Shown piece after piece: positions 28,011 to 31,171 of a stretch of 31,171 nucleotides of DNA. The notes beneath the pieces are model-generated. The model ran no database searches, was not told the origin of the DNA, and worked only from the letters and a program-made list of their open reading frames with translations. The position numbers and the translations under genes are program-made. Origin of the DNA: Oligoflexales bacterium (GTDB taxonomy: Bacteria; Bdellovibrionota_B; Oligoflexia; Oligoflexales; CAIYRB01). Each line of letters begins with the position of its first letter. The first letter of the stretch is position 1. The stretch spans positions 1 to 31,171 of the forward strand of contig JBGSUI010000231.1 of NCBI GenBank assembly GCA_041736175.1. The letters run 5' to 3'.

Positions 28011-28014
28011 ACCC

Positions 28015-28290
28015 ATGATATTCAAGTGGGATAAAAACAAAAATCAGAGACTGATGGCGGATCGCCGCCGGGGTTTATCTTTTGAAATGGTTTCGAAGCT
28101 ATTTAGCCGATCCTATTATCTCGATCAAAAAAATGATGATCCTGAACAGTTTCGCGCAATTGGTATTGTCGGTACAAAGATGATCACTTTAATTTACGAA
28201 TGCCGTGAGGATTTCGAGGGGGAGTACTATCATTTAGTCACCTATTGGCCGTCAACTAAAACGGAAAGGCTTTTGCATGAGAAAGAGTAA
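28015..28290 (+). CDS. BrnT-family ribonuclease toxin
   Basis: MIFKWDKNKN......RGLSFE, EQFRAIG, TLIYECR, closing T..ER. Confidence 0.82.
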   Translation: MIFKWDKNKNQRLMADRRRGLSFEMVSKLFSRSYYLDQKNDDPEQFRAIGIVGTKMITLIYECREDFEGEYYHLVTYWPSTKTERLLHEKE

Positions 28291-28570
28291 AGATATTAGG
28301 AACACCTCAAAAAAAATAGCTCTCGAAGAGATTGAGGAGTTGGCTTTAAATGGCAAGGACGTGAATATCCACTTCACTAAAGGCAAAATGATGCCGCCAA
28401 TTTCAGAGGCGGTTCAGAGAGTTAACGTGGATTTTGGTATGACTGTACTTGCTGAGTTGGATCAAATCGCAAGTGAATTAAATGTAAGCAGACAAGCGGT
28501 CATTAAGCTTTTTATTAAAAGGGAGCTTGACCAACATTTTTTAGCAAAAAAAGCTCGAAAAGAGGCTTAG
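28277..28570 (+). CDS. BrnA/CopG-like ribbon-helix-helix antitoxin
   Basis: QRVNVDF...LAELDQIASELNVSRQAVIK; overlaps the toxin by 14 nt. Confidence 0.82.
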   Translation: MRKSKDIRNTSKKIALEEIEELALNGKDVNIHFTKGKMMPPISEAVQRVNVDFGMTVLAELDQIASELNVSRQAVIKLFIKRELDQHFLAKKARKEA

Positions 28571-28621
28571 AGCACGCCGCTCGAGGCCCCCTCCACAACT
28601 CCACATGCCAGAAGCCTCGCC

Positions 28622-28653
28622 GTAAACTACCCCGCCCTAAAGGGAGAGGTTTC
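28622..28653 (-). mobile_element. Orphan IS200/IS605-family end hairpin
   Basis: Minus strand GAAACCTCTCCCTTTAGGGCGGGGTAGTTTAC, resembling the subterminal palindrome plus terminus of tnpB/iscB-type elements. Confidence 0.55.
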
Positions 28654-28841
28654 TGCCGCTTTGCTAATGCGAAAGGAAATTAGGATGAAAGAAAAGTCCT
28701 TAGGTCGCTGAAGCTCGTTGAATCTTCAGGGCATATTGATTTTGGCGAATCTCCAAAAAAAAATCTACGGATATTGAACTGCTACTAAAAAGTTGCATGG
28801 ATCTCCCTTTGGCCGGTGTGCTTTTAGCCCGATGGGGTCCA

Positions 28842-28862
28842 TGTCAGCCAAGTTGGCTGACA
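28842..28862. promoter_or_regulatory. Perfect 10-1-10 palindrome upstream of the VOC gene
   Basis: TGTCAGCCAA-G-TTGGCTGACA, 50 nt before ATG 28913. Confidence 0.45.
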
Positions 28863-28912
28863 AAATCACAGTGAATTTTTTCGTAAACAGTCAGAATGTC
28901 AATGGAGGAATT

Positions 28913-29710
28913 ATGGCAAATCAAGTCAAAAAAGGATCGGATCTGGGGAAAGCGCGTTCAGTAGGTGAGTTTTGTTGGGTCGATGTTGCAGCAAGGGATA
29001 TCGCTAAGGAAACCAACTTCTTTAAACAGACGCTCAATTGGGATGTGCGAGAAATTCCGATGCCACAGGGCGCGTATCCAATGATCTTTGTCGGAGACAG
29101 CGCAGTTGGAGGCTTTATGGACCTTCAGCGCCTCGCCAAAGGAACACCCCCTCATCTAGCAGCCACCATTCGAGTTGATAAGATCGATAAGGCATTTGCT
29201 CTCGCGCTTAAAAGCGGCGCAAGGGAGATTTCTAAACCCAGTGAAGTTGGTGATATGGGGAAAATAGCGGTGATTGCCGACCCAACCGGCGCTGCCGTTA
29301 ACCTTTGGGAAGTGATCAAGCATGAGGGTATCTCGGCAGATTCAATGATTGAGGGCGTGCCCAGCTGGTTTGAACTTATGACAAATCAACCAGATATTTC
29401 ACAGAAATTCTATAAGCAGGCGTTTGGCTGGGAAGCTCGCAAAACCGATGCTAAAGACATGGAGTATCTTGAGTTCTACAAAGGATCCTATCTGATTGGT
29501 GGCCTGTTTCCTCTGACTAAAAACATTCAAATGCCCAACGCTTGGTGCGTTTATTTTACGGTTCGCAATATTGATAAGACCCTTGCACAGGCAACAAAGG
29601 GTGGCGCTAAGGTTGTGGTTCCTGTCACACAGGCTGGATCTATCGGCAAGTTTGCGGGCCTTACCAGCCCCCAGGGCGCTTACTTTGGTGTTGTTCAGTA
29701 CAATAAGTAA
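28913..29710 (+). CDS. Two-domain VOC (glyoxalase/bleomycin-resistance) family protein
   Basis: GEFCWVDV, FFKQTLNW, GKIAVIADPTGA, PSWFELMT, FYKQAFGW, WCVYFTV, SPQGAYFGV; GGAGG RBS before ATG 28913. Confidence 0.92.
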   Translation: MANQVKKGSDLGKARSVGEFCWVDVAARDIAKETNFFKQTLNWDVREIPMPQGAYPMIFVGDSAVGGFMDLQRLAKGTPPHLAATIRVDKIDKAFALALKSGAREISKPSEVGDMGKIAVIADPTGAAVNLWEVIKHEGISADSMIEGVPSWFELMTNQPDISQKFYKQAFGWEARKTDAKDMEYLEFYKGSYLIGGLFPLTKNIQMPNAWCVYFTVRNIDKTLAQATKGGAKVVVPVTQAGSIGKFAGLTSPQGAYFGVVQYNK

Positions 29711-29736
29711 CTGACCTTGACGGCTTGGATCGTCTC

Positions 29737-29763
29737 GTGGGCAAATGATTTTCATTTGCCCAC
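29737..29763. terminator. Perfect 12-bp hairpin between convergent genes (terminator or REP-like)
   Basis: GTGGGCAAATGA-TTT-TCATTTGCCCAC. Confidence 0.55.
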
Positions 29764-29818
29764 AGAATTTCTTAATCGGCTCGCCCCCAACAGACCCAAC
29801 ATCAATCTTTTGAAATCG

Positions 29819-30130
29819 TTAATAAGCTAAGCGTCTTAATAGTTCAGGATCCGTTTCGACGCGCGTTGACAGCTGTAAGCCTTCATCTGGGCGTTGGCGG
29901 TCAGCCAAGTTCGCGAGCTGGGTCAGATCCAAACCTAAAAGCCTAGCATACAGGACGCGTAAACGAAATTGCCGGTCGATACTCATGGCGCGAGTCGTGT
30001 TGGCGACTGATTCAAATTTATTGTATTCCTTCACATCCATGTTGAGGGCATCGGCCGTTTTCTGCTGAGTAAGACCTGATACAATGCGCAAAAATCGAAG
30101 CTGCTTCTTGTCTTGATTACAAAATGCCGA
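29819..30130 (-). pseudogene. 5'-truncated XRE-type HTH gene (HigA/MqsA-like antitoxin remnant)
   Basis: Open frame reads ..KKQLRFLRIVSGLTQQKTADALNM..; the HTH begins upstream of the track TTG, and an in-frame TGA at 30131-30133 leaves no start or RBS. Confidence 0.55.
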
Positions 30131-30364
30131 TCAGGTGTGTACTTCACACTTTGGTGTGAATAAGGCACATGGTGGTGACGGTTTATGTGCCGCGCCAGGA
30201 GATTGTGGACTTTGAGGGCTTGAGGGCTTTTTGGATGAAGGGGGGTTTTTAATGGGTGTATTTAACTATCTGATATCATTAATTTAAATATTTTGATTAA
30301 TGAATGAGCTAAAATTTTCCGAAAAGTCCTTTGGGGTGGTTTTAGGACGACGCCGGGAGGGGCT

Positions 30365-31075
30365 ATGGCACGGTATCTTGGGGTGACCCTGATCATAGGT
30401 TTGAGCATTGGTGTTTTGATCCATTGCGGCGCAGGGAGCGGCGGGGGGGCTAAACAGCCGGGCGACGAGGCCCCCATCCAGCCGGACCCAGAGACCGACG
30501 GTACAGGATCCGCCGAGGGTAAACCCGGCGATGCCAACTCTCCTGGGAACAGCAAGGTATTTAGGGTTGCCGTAATCGATGATGGGTTTGATGATTCGTT
30601 GCCGGTTTTTGCGAAAAAAGTAGTCGCAAAATGGACTCTCCAGTGTGACGAAGACGAACCCAGCATTGTAGACGAGTTTAAGCAACTACCCTATGACAGA
30701 CTCAAGCAAAAAATTCTTGAAGAGATTGAAAAAAATGAAGATCGATGCAAGCTGGTTGAATCTCTGGATTTCAAAAAGAGTTCAGCATTTTCAGGAATAA
30801 AACAGTACCGTGAGGCTTGGAATCGGCGTTATTTTGCCAAAGACCCAGGGATTTTGTCCGATAGCAGCGGTGGGGGGAGCGGAAGTTCGGGACAATCAGG
30901 AATGAGTGCACGGACTAAGGAGCAGATTTATGATGTCCTTAGGGGAGAAAAAAAATACTCCTATCATGGGACGAACGTGGCCAGTCTGATTGCCTATAAA
31001 AACGAAAAGGTCGAGTTAGTCCTGATCCAAATTGAATTGGGTGCAGTAGATTTTTTACAAGCATATTCCTTGTAA
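30365..31075 (+). pseudogene. Truncated subtilisin-like (S8) lipoprotein: catalytic Asp and His motifs present, Ser half missing
   Basis: GGGAGG RBS, signal peptide ending LIHC, VAVIDDGFD, YHGTNVASLI, then a stop about 35 codons later; the following DNA is AT-rich with stops. Confidence 0.7.
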
Positions 31076-31163
31076 TTATAGGAATATAAATATAATCTTC
31101 GCATAGAATACTCCCGAAGTTAGCCGGACTTATTTAAAGTGTTGCCTGTATCGGAGGATTGCT

Positions 31164-31171
31164 ATGCCAAA
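31164..31171 (+). CDS. Start of a gene running off the right edge
   Basis: GGAGG RBS at 31153-31157 followed by ATG CCA AA. Confidence 0.35.

Noticed and set aside
27030..30130. Integron cassette array
   Set aside because: Cargo is cassette-like, but no paired RYYYAAC/GTTRRRY attC structures or integrase were found and gene orientations are mixed.
30211..30230. TTGAGGGC short tandem repeat
   Set aside because: Only two short copies; compatible with chance slippage.
30262..30685. Two minus-strand ORFs of about 133 aa
   Set aside because: Antisense to the subtilase-like gene, which has the RBS, signal peptide and catalytic motifs.

Overview
Mostly ordinary chromosomal sequence from a Gram-negative bacterium. 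The sigma28/FliA-type promoters, lipoproteins and gene content suggest Bdellovibrionota/Oligoflexia, but that is inference. Left part: an FG-GAP/VCBS-repeat protein, rpsT, an unusual rpsR-rpmB unit followed by an unannotated 41-aa very basic THX-like peptide, and priA (one of its two Zn sites lost). The priA 3' end is duplicated around an orphan Phd-type antitoxin. Middle: cystathionine gamma-lyase/synthase, lipase, rhodanese, acs, an HD-GYP protein, aceB-aceA, and a YdjC deacetylase / GT2 / methyltransferase / GT-C glycosylation cluster. An intergenic region there holds a 17/19 Fur box and a candidate ~100-nt minus-strand sRNA with its own terminator. It is followed by a DUF71 ATP pyrophosphatase, an ABC exporter, a peptide-binding protein, a lipoprotein and an atypical ClC. 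Right end (27-31 kb): a decaying accessory region with Phd-VapC and BrnT-BrnA-like toxin-antitoxin pairs, orphan IS3 and IS200/IS605 ends, a VOC protein, a truncated HTH gene and a truncated subtilase. No tRNA, rRNA or CRISPR array was recognised. Best leads: the THX-like peptide, the Fur-box sRNA, the priA-targeted island scar, and sigma28-driven toxin-antitoxin loci.
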